A stretch of 64,000 nucleotides of DNA, taken from Ignavibacteriota bacterium. GTDB lineage: Bacteria; Bacteroidota; Ignavibacteria; UBA10030. Under the pieces are notes generated by a model, which was not told where the DNA came from, ran no database searches, and saw only the letters and a program-made list of their open reading frames with translations. Made by a program: the position numbers and the translations under genes. Below, piece by piece: positions 18,701 to 30,459 of the stretch; position 1 is the first letter of the stretch, and each line of letters starts with the position of its first letter. Location of the stretch: positions 288,523-352,522 of the forward strand of contig CAWHXW010000002.1 of assembly GCA_963833465.1 (NCBI GenBank). Direction: 5' to 3'.

Positions 18701-19709
18701 AAAAATCAAACCGGGCTTTCAAATCATTGTTACGGCTTTGGACAATCTTGGATCGCCGGAACTTCGAGAACAATTCGGCATTGATATGCAGGGTATTATA
18801 GAACTGCAGAAGCAATTCGGGTTCACTTTACAAGTTGAGGATCCGGAAACAAAATGGTCCAGCGACCCGCACAGATATATCGATATGGGGAAACAGTACA
18901 GCAGACTTGTTGATTCTTCCAAGCTGATGTTAGATTTAAATATTCTTACTTTCCGAAAAAAGGAAACCGTTATTCCATTTCCTACATTGATTCAAACAGG
19001 AACAGAAAGTTTTAATCTCATTCGTTCTGCTTCGCTTGGGGCATCGCGCCTTACGATTTACTCGGAAGCAAGCGTGAATCCGCAGGATTTAAGCTTCTTT
19101 GCTAATGCGCTCTCAAGTGACGTGCGTTACCATTTTACTGAATCTGGAATTAGTGTGCAGGCGCCGAACTCATTCGTATTGCGCCTTCCAAAAGAAGTAA
19201 CTGAAATCACATTGGATGGAGCACAGCTGCCGCCTTTTCGAGATAATCGGTATATAATTCCGGCGGGCGAACATTCGATAATATTGACACCGCAAACCGC
19301 AAGTAATTTTTCAACACATGAACTCAAAACTCGCCTTATGTCTGAAACCGGAGAAATAAAATCTCTGAATTACGGCCTGCGCGATGTTACTCTTGAATAT
19401 GCTTCCGAAACACGAATGTTGATATCCCTTAGTAAAGCACCTACTTCAGTAACGATAGATGACGAACCGATAAATTTTACTGTGATGAAAGGAAACGATT
19501 GCTTCAGTATCTTCCTTCCGACCGGCAGCCATAAAGCGAATATTATAGTCGGCGACCGGTTTGCGTACGGCATCAATTATACGAGTTTCTGGTCAACTAC
19601 GGCAATTTCTGTATTTAGCGCGCTTGCAATTTCAATGCTTATATTGATGTATATATTTTTGAAATTTGTCAGGCGCAATTCAGAAAATCGAAAGGCATAT
19701 AATTTATGA
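15746..19709 (+). CDS. Large DUF2334/YdaL-like polysaccharide deacetylase fused to a glycoside-hydrolase-like barrel (one apparent +1 frameshift at ~16885; ~1320 aa repaired)
   Basis: Signal peptide; NodB-like motifs IRIEDV, MHGITH, WETPHY, FFHAF. Removing one C gives continuous KYFSTACEQRLS. Later AHANGILVYAW...WDGVDLAELYFE barrel and a C-terminal TM helix. Confidence 0.82.
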
Positions 19710-20983
19710 CTGGCTTTGAAGTTGATCTTAGTTTCCTTTTTGTTATTGCTGTTATTTTAATTTGGTTCACAATCGCGTATCAGTTTGTATTGACAGTATT
19801 CGGTTATATCAACTGCGTTCGTTCGCTTCGAGAGAAACGAAATGTTGATAGGCGTTCATTCGATTATCCTTCGTGCTCAATTCTGATTCCAGCACACAAT
19901 GAAGAGAAAGTAATCGGTGCAACAATCGAATCGATGCTTCATCTTGATTATCCTAAAGATAAGCTTCAGATCATCGTTATTAATGACGGTTCAAAAGATC
20001 GTACAAAAGAAATAATAGAATATTATGCAAAGTTAGATGCACGTGTGCAATTGTTCGATATACCACAAGGCGAAGGCGGCAAAGGGAAATCCAGGACGCT
20101 TAATCTCGGTATTAAACAGGCTAAAGGCGACATAATCGCCATTTACGATGCTGATAATACGCCAGATAAAGATTCACTTCGATATCTAGTTGCACAATTA
20201 TTAGACAATAAAGACCTCGGTGCTGTAATTGGAAAATTCCGCACAGTGAATAAAAAAGCATCTATTCTAACACGCTTCATCAACATTGAGACTCTAAGTT
20301 TCCAATTGATGCTTCAGGCAGGCAGGTGGCAAATGCATAACATTTCGACTTTACCGGGAACAAATTATGTGATGTGGAGCCATATAATAAAAAAACTTGG
20401 CGGCTGGGATGAAGAAGCTTTAACGGAAGATTCAGAACTTAGCATTCGGATTTATGAAGCGGGTTACAGAATTAAATTCATCCCATATGCAATCACGTAT
20501 GAACAAGAGCCGCAAAAGTGGGGAATTTGGATTCGGCAGCGTATGCGATGGGTGCGCGGCAACAATTATGTCGCAAAAAAATTCTGGAAAGAAATTCCGC
20601 ACTTCAAAAGTAAAAGGTTGGCATTCGATCTTTTGTACACTTTATCGCTTTACTATATTTTCTTCTTTGCTGTCGTTTTCTCGGACATTCTTTTTATACT
20701 TAGCTTGTTTCAAGTAGTAGCAATTTCTTTACCGGGTCCATATACATTTGTATGGATAACATCTTTAATCTTGTTCATCTTTGAAATTTTTCTTTCTATT
20801 TCTTATGACGATGAAGATAATTTTAAAAATCTCACAATTATCGTTTTGATGTACTTCTCCTACTGTCAATTGTGGATTTATGTGGTAATGAAAGCAGCAT
20901 ATCAGGATTATATTAAAAAAGAAAAACACATCTGGGATAAAACAATACGGTTTGATCCGCTTGCAGCGCCGCCGAACAAATAA
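19706..20983 (+). CDS. Processive GT2 polysaccharide synthase (YdaM/IcaA-like)
   Basis: IPAHNEE, NDGSKD, YDADN, LTEDSEL and QRMRW (D,D,D,QxxRW signature); TM helices; ATGA overlap with upstream gene. Confidence 0.93.
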   Translation: MTGFEVDLSFLFVIAVILIWFTIAYQFVLTVFGYINCVRSLREKRNVDRRSFDYPSCSILIPAHNEEKVIGATIESMLHLDYPKDKLQIIVINDGSKDRTKEIIEYYAKLDARVQLFDIPQGEGGKGKSRTLNLGIKQAKGDIIAIYDADNTPDKDSLRYLVAQLLDNKDLGAVIGKFRTVNKKASILTRFINIETLSFQLMLQAGRWQMHNISTLPGTNYVMWSHIIKKLGGWDEEALTEDSELSIRIYEAGYRIKFIPYAITYEQEPQKWGIWIRQRMRWVRGNNYVAKKFWKEIPHFKSKRLAFDLLYTLSLYYIFFFAVVFSDILFILSLFQVVAISLPGPYTFVWITSLILFIFEIFLSISYDDEDNFKNLTIIVLMYFSYCQLWIYVVMKAAYQDYIKKEKHIWDKTIRFDPLAAPPNK

Positions 20984-21060
20984 TAAAATGTAAAATTCGT
21001 TCTAGAATATTTCATTGCCTGCAAATTGTTCATAGCTCGAACAAAATAGAGATACCTTCA

Positions 21061-21109
21061 GAAGGCGATAAAATAGAAACACGCAATGCGTGTTTCATTA
21101 TCAGCCTTC
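21061..21109. terminator. Long hairpin between convergent genes
   Basis: GAAGGC.GATAA....GAAACACGCA-a-TGCGTGTTTC.TTATC.GCCTTC. Confidence 0.55.
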
Positions 21110-21133
21110 CAGCCCTTCCGAAGGTTACACGGA

Positions 21134-23218
21134 TTATTTTTTATCCAAAACATCTCTCACTATTCTCAAAACCTTTGTGAGATCATACGGTTTGTAGAGA
21201 AAATTGTCTATCCCTTCTTTTAAAAATTTCGCTTTCATTTCCGGATCAAGAAAACCTGTTGCAAGGATGAGGTTTTCATCCGGATTTATTTCTTTAATCC
21301 GTTTACACACTTCCAGACCGGTTATATTAGGCAATCCAAGATCAGTCAGCACAAGAGAAATATCTTTCTTTTTTTCTTGATAGATTTTCAATGCCCTCAG
21401 TCCATCCTTGGAAGAAAGAACTTTATATCCCTTTTCAATGAGTATCATCTGGAGAGACATTAATAGCATCTCTTCATCCTCCACAATCAATAACGTCTCT
21501 GTTCCACCTTGTATTTCTTCCAACGCTTTTTCTTCTGTTTCCTTGACCGGCTTTGCCACTTCTGTAATAGGCAGATATAGGTGGAAGATTGTTCCTTTGC
21601 CAAGCTCACTTTCCACATCAATAAACCCTTTATGGGATTGTATTATTCCGTACACCACAGATAATCCTAATCCTGTACCTTTGCCTATTCCCTTCGTTGT
21701 GAAAAACGGCTCAAAGATACGCTTGCGATTTTCTTCAGTCATTCCTTCACCTGTATCACTTACTTCAACACAGACATAGCCGCTCGCATCAGCATTTGGG
21801 TGCTGATTACGTAAACTCGCGGCAGATACCATGCGAGTATTAATAGAAAGAACACCTCCATTCGGCATTGCATCGCGTGCATTGATACAAAGATTCAACA
21901 GGGCTTGATGCAACTGTGAACGATCGGCATTAATGTAAGGGATAGATTTTTCAAAACTCTGTGAACAAGTTATAATTTTGGGAAATGTCTCCATAACCAT
22001 GGTAACAGTTTCCATAACAACATCATTCACATTCACTGCTCCAAATGCAGTTTCCGTTTTTCTAGCAAAGGTCAATATTTGTTGAACGAGTGTTTTTCCA
22101 CGTTCCACAGCCTTCACGATGGTACTAACAGCAAGATCTAGCTTTGTTGTATCATCTTTAAACCGTTTAGCGCTTGTGATGTATGCCAGTATAATTCCGA
22201 GAATATTGTTGAAATCATGTGCGATTCCTCCGGCAAGCGTCCCTAATCCTTCCAACTTTTGCATCTGGCGTAATGCTTCTTCTGTCTGCTTACGCTCGGT
22301 GATGTCATGTACTGAGCCGATCAGATGCGTGCAATGCCCTTTATCATCAATAACAGGTGCAAAACTGACTTCGCCAGTCAACCGTCCCTTTGGGTAATTA
22401 GAGGTTTCTTCCCAGCGGATGATCTTCTTTTCGTTAATTGCTTGTTTGTATTTCCCTATCACCTTTGTTAGAGATGGCTCAGAGATCACTTCGTTCACCA
22501 ACTTGCCGACTACTTGCTCCTGGCTTAATCCAGTAACATTGCAGAATGCTTGATTGATCGAAATAAAACGATATTTTCCTTCAGCCTCGACTGATAATTG
22601 GTAGATGATATCGCCTACAGTATCATAAATAGAGGATAGCTGTTGTTCTCTCTCTCTCAACTCCTTCTCAATACGCCTAAGTTCTTCTATATCCTTCTCG
22701 AGTGCAGCATTTTTTTGCCTCAATTCTTTTTCTGCCGCATCAATTTGATTCATTTTCTTTTCGAGCTTCCTAACAAGGGCTTCGTTATATTCTTTCAAAA
22801 ATACCTTCTCTTCAGATGTAGGCGCTGGCATCGGCTGTGCCGTTTTCGTCCGATATGTCCCGTACGTTTCCCTTATAATTTTAAGAAGGTCGTTTGGTTC
22901 CTGTGGTTTGACAATAAAACGATCTGCACCTAAACTCAGAGCAAACTCTTCGTCTTTTGGATCTGTGTATGTAGCGGTATAAAAAATAAATGGTATCTTT
23001 TGAAGTATTTCGTTCTTTCTCCATTCGCGGCAAAACGAAAAGCCATCCATAACCGGCATGAGAATATCAGAAACAACCATATCGGGCGGACTTTTCAATG
23101 CAATGGCGAGGGCTTCTGCGCCGTTGGAAGCAGAAACAGTTGTATATCCTTTTCCCTGAAAAATTTTTTCAAGGAGGTAAAGATTCTCTGGTTTATCATC
23201 GACAAGTAAAATTTTCAT
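21134..23218 (-). CDS. Hybrid sensor histidine kinase (REC-PAS-HisKA-HATPase-REC)
   Basis: N-terminal REC (VSDILMP), PAS, AGGIAHDFNN H-box, NLCINARDAM, FFTTKG.GKGTGLGL, C-terminal REC. Confidence 0.95.
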   Translation of the reverse strand: MKILLVDDKPENLYLLEKIFQGKGYTTVSASNGAEALAIALKSPPDMVVSDILMPVMDGFSFCREWRKNEILQKIPFIFYTATYTDPKDEEFALSLGADRFIVKPQEPNDLLKIIRETYGTYRTKTAQPMPAPTSEEKVFLKEYNEALVRKLEKKMNQIDAAEKELRQKNAALEKDIEELRRIEKELREREQQLSSIYDTVGDIIYQLSVEAEGKYRFISINQAFCNVTGLSQEQVVGKLVNEVISEPSLTKVIGKYKQAINEKKIIRWEETSNYPKGRLTGEVSFAPVIDDKGHCTHLIGSVHDITERKQTEEALRQMQKLEGLGTLAGGIAHDFNNILGIILAYITSAKRFKDDTTKLDLAVSTIVKAVERGKTLVQQILTFARKTETAFGAVNVNDVVMETVTMVMETFPKIITCSQSFEKSIPYINADRSQLHQALLNLCINARDAMPNGGVLSINTRMVSAASLRNQHPNADASGYVCVEVSDTGEGMTEENRKRIFEPFFTTKGIGKGTGLGLSVVYGIIQSHKGFIDVESELGKGTIFHLYLPITEVAKPVKETEEKALEEIQGGTETLLIVEDEEMLLMSLQMILIEKGYKVLSSKDGLRALKIYQEKKKDISLVLTDLGLPNITGLEVCKRIKEINPDENLILATGFLDPEMKAKFLKEGIDNFLYKPYDLTKVLRIVRDVLDKK

Positions 23219-23613
23219 GTTATCCCTCCACTCGTTCCACTTTGCGATAGTGGAAGATATTCTTGAAGTTGCGAGATAAACGTATCCGGATTGATTGGTT
23301 TCTCGATATATCCAGTCGCACCTGCCGCAAGAATACGTTCTTTATCGCCTGTCATTGCGTATGAAGTAACGGCAACAATTGGGATATTGGCTAAAGATTT
23401 ATTCTTTCTAAATTCTTCTGCCACTTGATATCCATTGATTTCGGGAAGTTGGATGTCCAGGAGAACGACATGCGGTCTTGCTTCCTGTGCAAGTCGAATA
23501 CCATCCTTCCCGTTTCTTGCTTGAACAATTTCATAGCCATTATTTTCAAGAAGGAATGTCATAAGATACATATTCTGTTCATTATCTTCAATGATAAGAA
23601 TTCTATTCTTCAT
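23215..23613 (-). CDS. Single-domain response regulator (DivK-like)
   Basis: IIEDNEQN, LLDIQLP, AVTSYAM, EKPI. Confidence 0.93.
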   Translation of the reverse strand: MKNRILIIEDNEQNMYLMTFLLENNGYEIVQARNGKDGIRLAQEARPHVVLLDIQLPEINGYQVAEEFRKNKSLANIPIVAVTSYAMTGDKERILAAGATGYIEKPINPDTFISQLQEYLPLSQSGTSGGIT

Positions 23614-23617
23614 TGTT

Positions 23618-26122
23618 TTATCCTTCGATTATGGGTAATGCTACTCTAAATGTACTGCCGGTACCAACCTTGCTTTGTATAGTGATGTTCCCACCTAACT
23701 TTTCGACAAGCTTTTTACAGATCGATAAACCCAAACCTGTTCCTTCATACGCTCGGGTTGTTCCTGTATCTATTTGGCTAAATGGCTTAAAGAGTTTTTC
23801 TAAATCTTCATCTCGGATTCCAATACCACTGTCCGTGATGCCTGTGACGAGCATTTTATTGACAATTTTGCATTCAACATGTATCGATCCTTTTTCTGTG
23901 AATTTTATTGCGTTGTTCAGTAGGTTCAGAAAAATTTGTTCCACTCTTCGTGAATCACTCACGAGTGTACTTACTTCGGGAGAGATGTTTGTTTGTAGTT
24001 CCAATCCTTTACGTTCGATCAATGGTTGAATAGAGGAGATAATTTTTTCAATCGATTTTCGGAAATCATAATTCTTGATCGCAACTTCCAATTGACCTGC
24101 TTCGATCTTAGAAATATCAAGTACGTCATTGATAAGCGCAAGTAAATGATGGGCGCTATTTTGAACCATACCCAATTGCTTTGTTTGCTCATTGTTAAGC
24201 GGTCCGGCAAGACCCTGAATGAGTATTCCAGTAAATCCGATAATTGAATTGAGTGGAGTTCTCAATTCATGCGACATCGTTGCAAGGAAAGCGGATTTGA
24301 GCTGATCGGCGGATTCTGCCCGCTCCTTGGCTATCACTAATTCGGCTGTCCGTTCCTCAACCATTTCTTCAAGATGTTTACGATACTTCTGCAATTCTTC
24401 TTCCGCACGCTTACGCTGGGTAATATCCAGCAGCGAAGCAATGCTTCTTTTCGTACCCGGTATAACATCGATGGTAAGTAAGATGTCGCGAATATTCCCA
24501 TCTCTCGGGATAAACCTGAACTCATATTGCTTCAACGCAGTTTCTTTCTTCTCCCGCCTTAAAAGATGCTGGGTTCGCATCCGATCAAGATCTTCCTTCA
24601 GTACAAATTCCGTCCAGCTTTTCTTTCCCTCTATTTCCTGTTTTGAGTATTGCGACAGTCTTTCATATTCTGCGTTGGCTATGCTAATGATCATATCTTC
24701 TTCAATCAAAACAGTTGCGGTTCCAGTGTTTTCAAAAACAGTTCTATATAATTCCTCGCTTTTCTGGAGAGCGTTTTCAACTCGTTTGTTTTCAGTGGTG
24801 TCGTTAAGAACAGCAATACGCGCTGCACGTCCTTCATAAGAAAATCCATGTGAATGTGGTTCTACTGTTATTTGCGTTCCATCTTTTTTCAGATGATGCC
24901 ATTCTCCAACATAGGCATGTCCATGCAAAGTCTTAATGAGATCAGCAATAGCTTTCTTTTCAGATTCCGGGTAAAGATCGGTGAGATTAAGCGCTAACGC
25001 TTCAGCTTTGCTGTAACCGTAGTGCGTTACAAATGCATCGTTTACTGCAAGGATGTTAAGACTGCCCAACTCGTATATCAACATAGGCATAGGATTCTGT
25101 TCGAATAAATAGCGATAATGAGCTTCACTTTCCTTAAGGGCAGTCAAAACAACTTCTCGTTTTCTTTGTTCTCCAGTGATTACTTGGAATCTGACAATGA
25201 GATACATGCAAATCACACAAATCATCAACAATGCGATGGTTACCAAAAATAAGTTTGTTTTAAATCCCGATAAGGAAGCAAGAACCTCATCTTCTGGCGT
25301 AGCAATGACGATAGACCAGAAGGTATTATCAAAGGAGATAGGCATATAGACTGCATTCTTAAGAACTTTTTCTTCAGATGTATTCCGGATTCTATTATAA
25401 TTGTATACTGTAACTCCTTCTTTCCCTTTGAGCATTTCATCAACCATAGAAATGATTTCAGGGAACTCCTTGTACGTATCGTAGACATTTTTACCAATAT
25501 GATCAGGGAACGGGGAAGAAATTTCTATCCCTTTCTCACTAACAACCCAGGCATATCCGCTTTCTCCAACGCGAATATTTTCAATATACTTTTGAGCGAT
25601 CTTATCAAAGGATAGAAGGAATGCTATTGTCCCGTCATATGCACTATGCTTAAATACGGGAACATGGACAGCTACTGTTCTAAATCCCTGAACTGCTGCG
25701 AAGACATCGCTGACAACAACCTTATGTGTCTTTATACTCAAGCGAATATGATCCTGGTCCGAGATATCTTTTCCAATGGATTCTTTGAAAGGAACTGTAT
25801 AAATGATTTTTCCTTGTGCATCGATGCGCGTAATACCTTTTATCTTATCTGAATTAAGATTTTGATAGTTCATCAAGATTCGTTTGCCCCGAGTATTCAG
25901 TTCGATAATTTCTGGAAAGTGAGAGAAGAAATTCAGCGTGCTGATAACATTAGTCATGTAGTCTTTAATCCCAACCGCAGCTTGTTGAGCAAGTATTTTC
26001 TGACCGATATTCATGTCTTGTATTGTTTTCTGTTTAACATTAGAGTAGATAGTGTACAATGCTACAGCGAACAGGATCAATACACTTAGAAATATTAGTA
26101 TGAAGTATTTTCTATATTTCAT
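23618..26122 (-). CDS. Membrane sensor histidine kinase (TM-Cache-TM-PAS-PAS-HisKA-HATPase)
   Basis: Two TMs flank a Cache-like region; two PAS domains; [26 protein letters not shown]. Start is ATG 26122 or 26155. Confidence 0.95.
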   Translation of the reverse strand: MKYRKYFILIFLSVLILFAVALYTIYSNVKQKTIQDMNIGQKILAQQAAVGIKDYMTNVISTLNFFSHFPEIIELNTRGKRILMNYQNLNSDKIKGITRIDAQGKIIYTVPFKESIGKDISDQDHIRLSIKTHKVVVSDVFAAVQGFRTVAVHVPVFKHSAYDGTIAFLLSFDKIAQKYIENIRVGESGYAWVVSEKGIEISSPFPDHIGKNVYDTYKEFPEIISMVDEMLKGKEGVTVYNYNRIRNTSEEKVLKNAVYMPISFDNTFWSIVIATPEDEVLASLSGFKTNLFLVTIALLMICVICMYLIVRFQVITGEQRKREVVLTALKESEAHYRYLFEQNPMPMLIYELGSLNILAVNDAFVTHYGYSKAEALALNLTDLYPESEKKAIADLIKTLHGHAYVGEWHHLKKDGTQITVEPHSHGFSYEGRAARIAVLNDTTENKRVENALQKSEELYRTVFENTGTATVLIEEDMIISIANAEYERLSQYSKQEIEGKKSWTEFVLKEDLDRMRTQHLLRREKKETALKQYEFRFIPRDGNIRDILLTIDVIPGTKRSIASLLDITQRKRAEEELQKYRKHLEEMVEERTAELVIAKERAESADQLKSAFLATMSHELRTPLNSIIGFTGILIQGLAGPLNNEQTKQLGMVQNSAHHLLALINDVLDISKIEAGQLEVAIKNYDFRKSIEKIISSIQPLIERKGLELQTNISPEVSTLVSDSRRVEQIFLNLLNNAIKFTEKGSIHVECKIVNKMLVTGITDSGIGIRDEDLEKLFKPFSQIDTGTTRAYEGTGLGLSICKKLVEKLGGNITIQSKVGTGSTFRVALPIIEG

Positions 26123-26748
26123 GCTGGTAATCCTAAATTGCAATTTGCTTTGCATCTGTCAGGATGAAAATCTTGGCTGCATGAAAAATGAGTAATGCCG
26201 AGTAAAATAATTTGAAAAAGGAAATATGGTATTACAGACGTTGGATTATTATTAAACACAAACAGTGGGAAAACTGACGATAACCTTTTAACACTTATTC
26301 TCGTGTGCATACTCTTTTATCCAACCCCATATGGTGTAGAGAGTTATAACACTACAAGTGTAAAAGTAACGAACCGCCAAGTGAATAGCAATATGCGGAT
26401 TTGTCAATTTAGATTAGCAATGAGAATGGAACTTCGTTTCCTATCAACAATTCAAGTTTTTGAATAAGCTGATAGTATTGCCTATCTTAAAAATTTCTTG
26501 CCTTCACTTACTTTGATTTCAGGAAAATATTTTTGTACCTTGATACACAAGGAAATTCAATCAAAACTTTTATAATGAAAGAATGTTGGATTGCTCTCTA
26601 TCTCTTGCATCGCATTAAGAGCGCGTAATTGAAAAGTTAAGGACATTCGCTTTCAAGTTGTAAGATAGAAAAATACTTCAAGCAAAAGTTCAAGCAATGT
26701 TTTGTTTGAAGGGTGATTTAAGGCGTTTGTAACAAAAAAATTATTATT

Positions 26749-26821
26749 TGCCCCGTAGTGTAATTGGCAACACGCCTGACTCTGGATCAGGAAAGTCTAG
26801 GTTCGACCCCTAGCGGGGCAG
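26749..26821 (+). tRNA. tRNA-Gln (CTG)
   Basis: TGCCCCG/CGGGGCA acceptor stem; CCTGA-CT CTG GA-TCAGG anticodon arm; GGTTCGAC T-loop. Confidence 0.96.
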
Positions 26822-26885
26822 CAAAATAATTATGAATTTCGGATTCTTAATTTTGAAATTGAAAATTTGAAATTCCTAATTAAAT

Positions 26886-26958
26886 GGCCTTATCGTCTAA
26901 CGGTTTAGGACGTGACCCTCTCAAGGTCGAAATACGGGTTCGATTCCCGTTAAGGCTA
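26886..26958 (+). tRNA. tRNA-Glu (CTC)
   Basis: GGCCTTA/TAAGGCT acceptor stem; TGACC-CT CTC AA-GGTCG anticodon arm; GGTTCGAT T-loop. Confidence 0.95.
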
Positions 26959-27292
26959 CTGCTTCAGTTTTCCCCTTTTTGTTATTTATACGGTTTTACC
27001 ATCTCAAATTCAAAATTTTTAACAAATTTTATTTGCTCCATTTTTTATCCATTCTCTGTATAAAACAAATTCAAATATCTTGCTAAAACCTGCGATTTAT
27101 GCGTTTTTATCAAATATTCGGCATTTTTACTTCAATATTTTCACTTTTTTAAAATCAAACATTTCATTTTTTAAATTTTTCTTATCTATTATCGTATGAT
27201 TTTCATTTTTTCTTAAAATTTTATTTGCTCATTTCATTAAGAATCAATATTTTCCACAACGTTTTCTTACCACCATATAAAAGTGATATATT

Positions 27293-30200
27293 ATGGCAAT
27301 TGATTTGCTTGAGCAGATACATCCGCATATAAAAGATTCAATCTATCCATTGCGAATTACTCTTCCGGATTGGAGGATGAAAGAGGGAGATATTCCTGAT
27401 GCTGCATCTACTTCGCTGCATGATAAATCGTGGACATCAATCAGAGTTCCATTTCAATGGGGAAAATACGATAAAACGTACTGGTTTCGGCAAACGATTA
27501 CTATAACACAAAATTTTTCAGGAAAACCGCTTGTCTTGCTTCTTGATTTTCCCGAAGCGCTTCTTTACATCGACGGAAAACCATACCATGGCATAGATTT
27601 TAATCATAAAGAAGTTTTGATTTGCGAAAAAGCAAAGCTCAATGAACAATTCATCGTTGCCATTCAAGCGTACAGCGGACGAAAATATGAGCATAATACT
27701 TTCTCATTTGCAGAATTAGCAGTTCTTGACACAACAGCGCGCCGCCTTGACAGTGCTTTAACTGTTCTTCAAGAACTTGATAAGTTAATAGATCATGGAT
27801 CGTACGAATCGAAAAAGATTCGCGACCTTATTCATCGAACTCTTATTTTTTTAAAATACTTTAAACCAGGCAGCGACGAATATCCCAATGCAATCCGCCG
27901 GGCTTATAATTTTCTTCTCAACACACTTGAAACAGAACTTAAAACTGCAATTCCTGGACTCGTCCATCTTATCGGTCATTCACATATTGACATCGCATGG
28001 CTGTGGACATTGCGCGAAACATCTAGAAAGTGTGCTCGTACATTTTCATCAGTATTGAGATTAATGGAAGAATTTCCGGAATTTAAATTCTCTCAAAGCC
28101 AGCCGATTCTTTATGAATTCATTAAACAGCAATATCCAGATTTATACAAACAAATCAGTCAGCGTGTAGCAGATGAAAGATGGGAACCTCTTGGTTCAAT
28201 GTTGACCGAAGCCGATTGCAATATTCCGAACGGTGAATCACTCGTTCGTCAAATTGCATTCGGAAAAAAGTTTTTCAAACAAGAATTTGGAATTGCTTCA
28301 AACATTCTCTGGCTTCCTGATTCGTTTGGATTCAACTGGTCGCTGCCTCAGATACTTAAGAAATCCGGAATTAAATATTTTTACTCCTCCAAACTTTTAT
28401 GGAATGATAAAACAAAATTCCCATATACATCGTTTTGGTGGCAGGGAGTTGATAAAACAAAAATCATTGCTCATTTATCCCCAGTAGGACTTGAAGGACA
28501 AATAACACCAAAGTCTATTCTGAAAAATGTAATTCCAGCACAGCAAGAATTGCCTGTACCGCCCACACTTCAAACATATGGATTCGGTGATGGCGGCGGC
28601 GGTCCAACAAAAGAAAACCTCGAATTCGCCGTCGTACTAAAAACGATCGTCGGATTGCCATCCTCGCCGCTTTCGTCTGTTCAAGAATTTTTCAAGCAGA
28701 TAGAAGAACAATCTGAAAATCTTCCAACGTGGAATAACGAGCTTTATCTTGAGACTCATCGCGGAACGTACACGACACATGCTAAAATTAAAAAAGAGAA
28801 CCGCGAATGCGAGAATCTTCTTTATTCTTCAGAGCTTCTTTCCACGCTTGCAATGGTGTTCGGAAAGAACACTGCTGCACGGTATTATCCAAAACAGAAA
28901 CTTGAAGAAGCATGGAAGAAACTGCTTCTCAATCAATTTCATGACATCATTGCCGGAGTTTCAATTAGCGATGTGTATAGAGACACACAAATAGATTATC
29001 AGAATATCAGGACAATTTGTTCGGAAATTATTGGTAATTGCATTCAAAGGTTATCTCTGCCCGCAAAGAAAAGTAAAACGGAATTTCATTTTTCTCTATT
29101 TAATTCATTGGGATGGCAGAGAAATGATTACGTAGAAATTTTTGTGAAGTCAAATAAAAAGAATTTTTTTATTGAAGACTCGGATGGAAAACCAGTTCAA
29201 TATCAGATTGTTGAACATGCAAAGGCAGGGCAAACACTGCTTTGTTTCGTAGAAAATCTTCCAGCATTCGGATTCAAACATCTTATTGTCCGCGCACGCT
29301 CAAATAAACCGGAATCAATCGAACCATGGGCTGCCGCGTCAAATAAATTAGAGACACCTTATTACAGGGTTCATATTGACAGCAAGGGCGCTATTAAATC
29401 GCTTTATGCAAAACAACTAAGGCGTGAATTATTTCAAAAGGGAAAAACAGGCAATATCTTTGCAACATTCCGCGATGTTCCTAAGCAGTGGGAAGCATGG
29501 AATATTGATTCCGAATATGAAAAGCATCGAATAGATTTATGGAAAATAAAGCGATATAAAATAACTGAACAAGGCCCGCTGCGTGCAACGATCCGGCTTG
29601 AACTTAAAACTGAAAACGGTTCTGTTCTATCACAGAATATTCATTTTTATCATCACTCACCTCGAATAGATTTCCAAACATACGTCCGTTGGCAGGAAAA
29701 ACAGGTATTGATGAAAGTCGCTTTCCCGTTCAACATGAAAATATCGAACATAACATACGGGATACAATTCGGCGCAATAAGCCGATCGTCGAAACCCCAT
29801 TCAGATGAAGAAAGCGCAAAGTTTGAGGTGTCGGCTCAACAATGGGCAGATATATCTGATGCGAAATACGGCGTTAGTTTGCTGAATGACTGTAAATATG
29901 GCTACAGTGCAAAGGAGAATGCACTCCAATTGACTTTATTAAGATCGCCGCATTATCCAAATCCTATCGATCCAATTCATTGTGACGAAGAATTAATAGA
30001 CCAGGGCGAGCATACATTTTGTTATTCTCTTTTCCCTCACGGCGGCGATTGGACGAAAGGAGAAACAGTTCAAAGAGCGCGTGAAATTAATAATTCTGTA
30101 TTATTTTTTCAAAGTCTTCAAACGAAAAATATTCCATCAATCCTTGAATCCTCGAAGCCGAACATTATTGTCGATGCCGTCAAGAAAGCTGAAGACAGCG

Positions 30201-30415
30201 AAGCCGTTATTATAAGAATGCACGAGGCGCATGGTGTTCCAACTAATACATCCCTCCGATTCGGTATTAATGTACCAGTCGCAATAGAATGCGATTTATT
30301 AGAGAATGAAGAAAAGCAACATAAGATTATCAAATCAAAATTGGTTCTAAAATTTAGACCATTTGAGATTAAAACACTCAAACTGGCAGTAAAATCATCA
30401 AGAAAGAATCGTTAA
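27293..30415 (+). CDS. GH38 alpha-mannosidase
   Basis: GHSHIDIAWLW, WLPDSFG, GFGDGGGGP, ELYLETHRGTYT, NQFHDII, SLLNDCKYG, LTLLRSP. Confidence 0.95.
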   Translation: MAIDLLEQIHPHIKDSIYPLRITLPDWRMKEGDIPDAASTSLHDKSWTSIRVPFQWGKYDKTYWFRQTITITQNFSGKPLVLLLDFPEALLYIDGKPYHGIDFNHKEVLICEKAKLNEQFIVAIQAYSGRKYEHNTFSFAELAVLDTTARRLDSALTVLQELDKLIDHGSYESKKIRDLIHRTLIFLKYFKPGSDEYPNAIRRAYNFLLNTLETELKTAIPGLVHLIGHSHIDIAWLWTLRETSRKCARTFSSVLRLMEEFPEFKFSQSQPILYEFIKQQYPDLYKQISQRVADERWEPLGSMLTEADCNIPNGESLVRQIAFGKKFFKQEFGIASNILWLPDSFGFNWSLPQILKKSGIKYFYSSKLLWNDKTKFPYTSFWWQGVDKTKIIAHLSPVGLEGQITPKSILKNVIPAQQELPVPPTLQTYGFGDGGGGPTKENLEFAVVLKTIVGLPSSPLSSVQEFFKQIEEQSENLPTWNNELYLETHRGTYTTHAKIKKENRECENLLYSSELLSTLAMVFGKNTAARYYPKQKLEEAWKKLLLNQFHDIIAGVSISDVYRDTQIDYQNIRTICSEIIGNCIQRLSLPAKKSKTEFHFSLFNSLGWQRNDYVEIFVKSNKKNFFIEDSDGKPVQYQIVEHAKAGQTLLCFVENLPAFGFKHLIVRARSNKPESIEPWAAASNKLETPYYRVHIDSKGAIKSLYAKQLRRELFQKGKTGNIFATFRDVPKQWEAWNIDSEYEKHRIDLWKIKRYKITEQGPLRATIRLELKTENGSVLSQNIHFYHHSPRIDFQTYVRWQEKQVLMKVAFPFNMKISNITYGIQFGAISRSSKPHSDEESAKFEVSAQQWADISDAKYGVSLLNDCKYGYSAKENALQLTLLRSPHYPNPIDPIHCDEELIDQGEHTFCYSLFPHGGDWTKGETVQRAREINNSVLFFQSLQTKNIPSILESSKPNIIVDAVKKAEDSEAVIIRMHEAHGVPTNTSLRFGINVPVAIECDLLENEEKQHKIIKSKLVLKFRPFEIKTLKLAVKSSRKNR

Positions 30416-30459
30416 GAATTCTTTCAAAATGTTTATGACTGAGATAAAAGAATTTTGCG

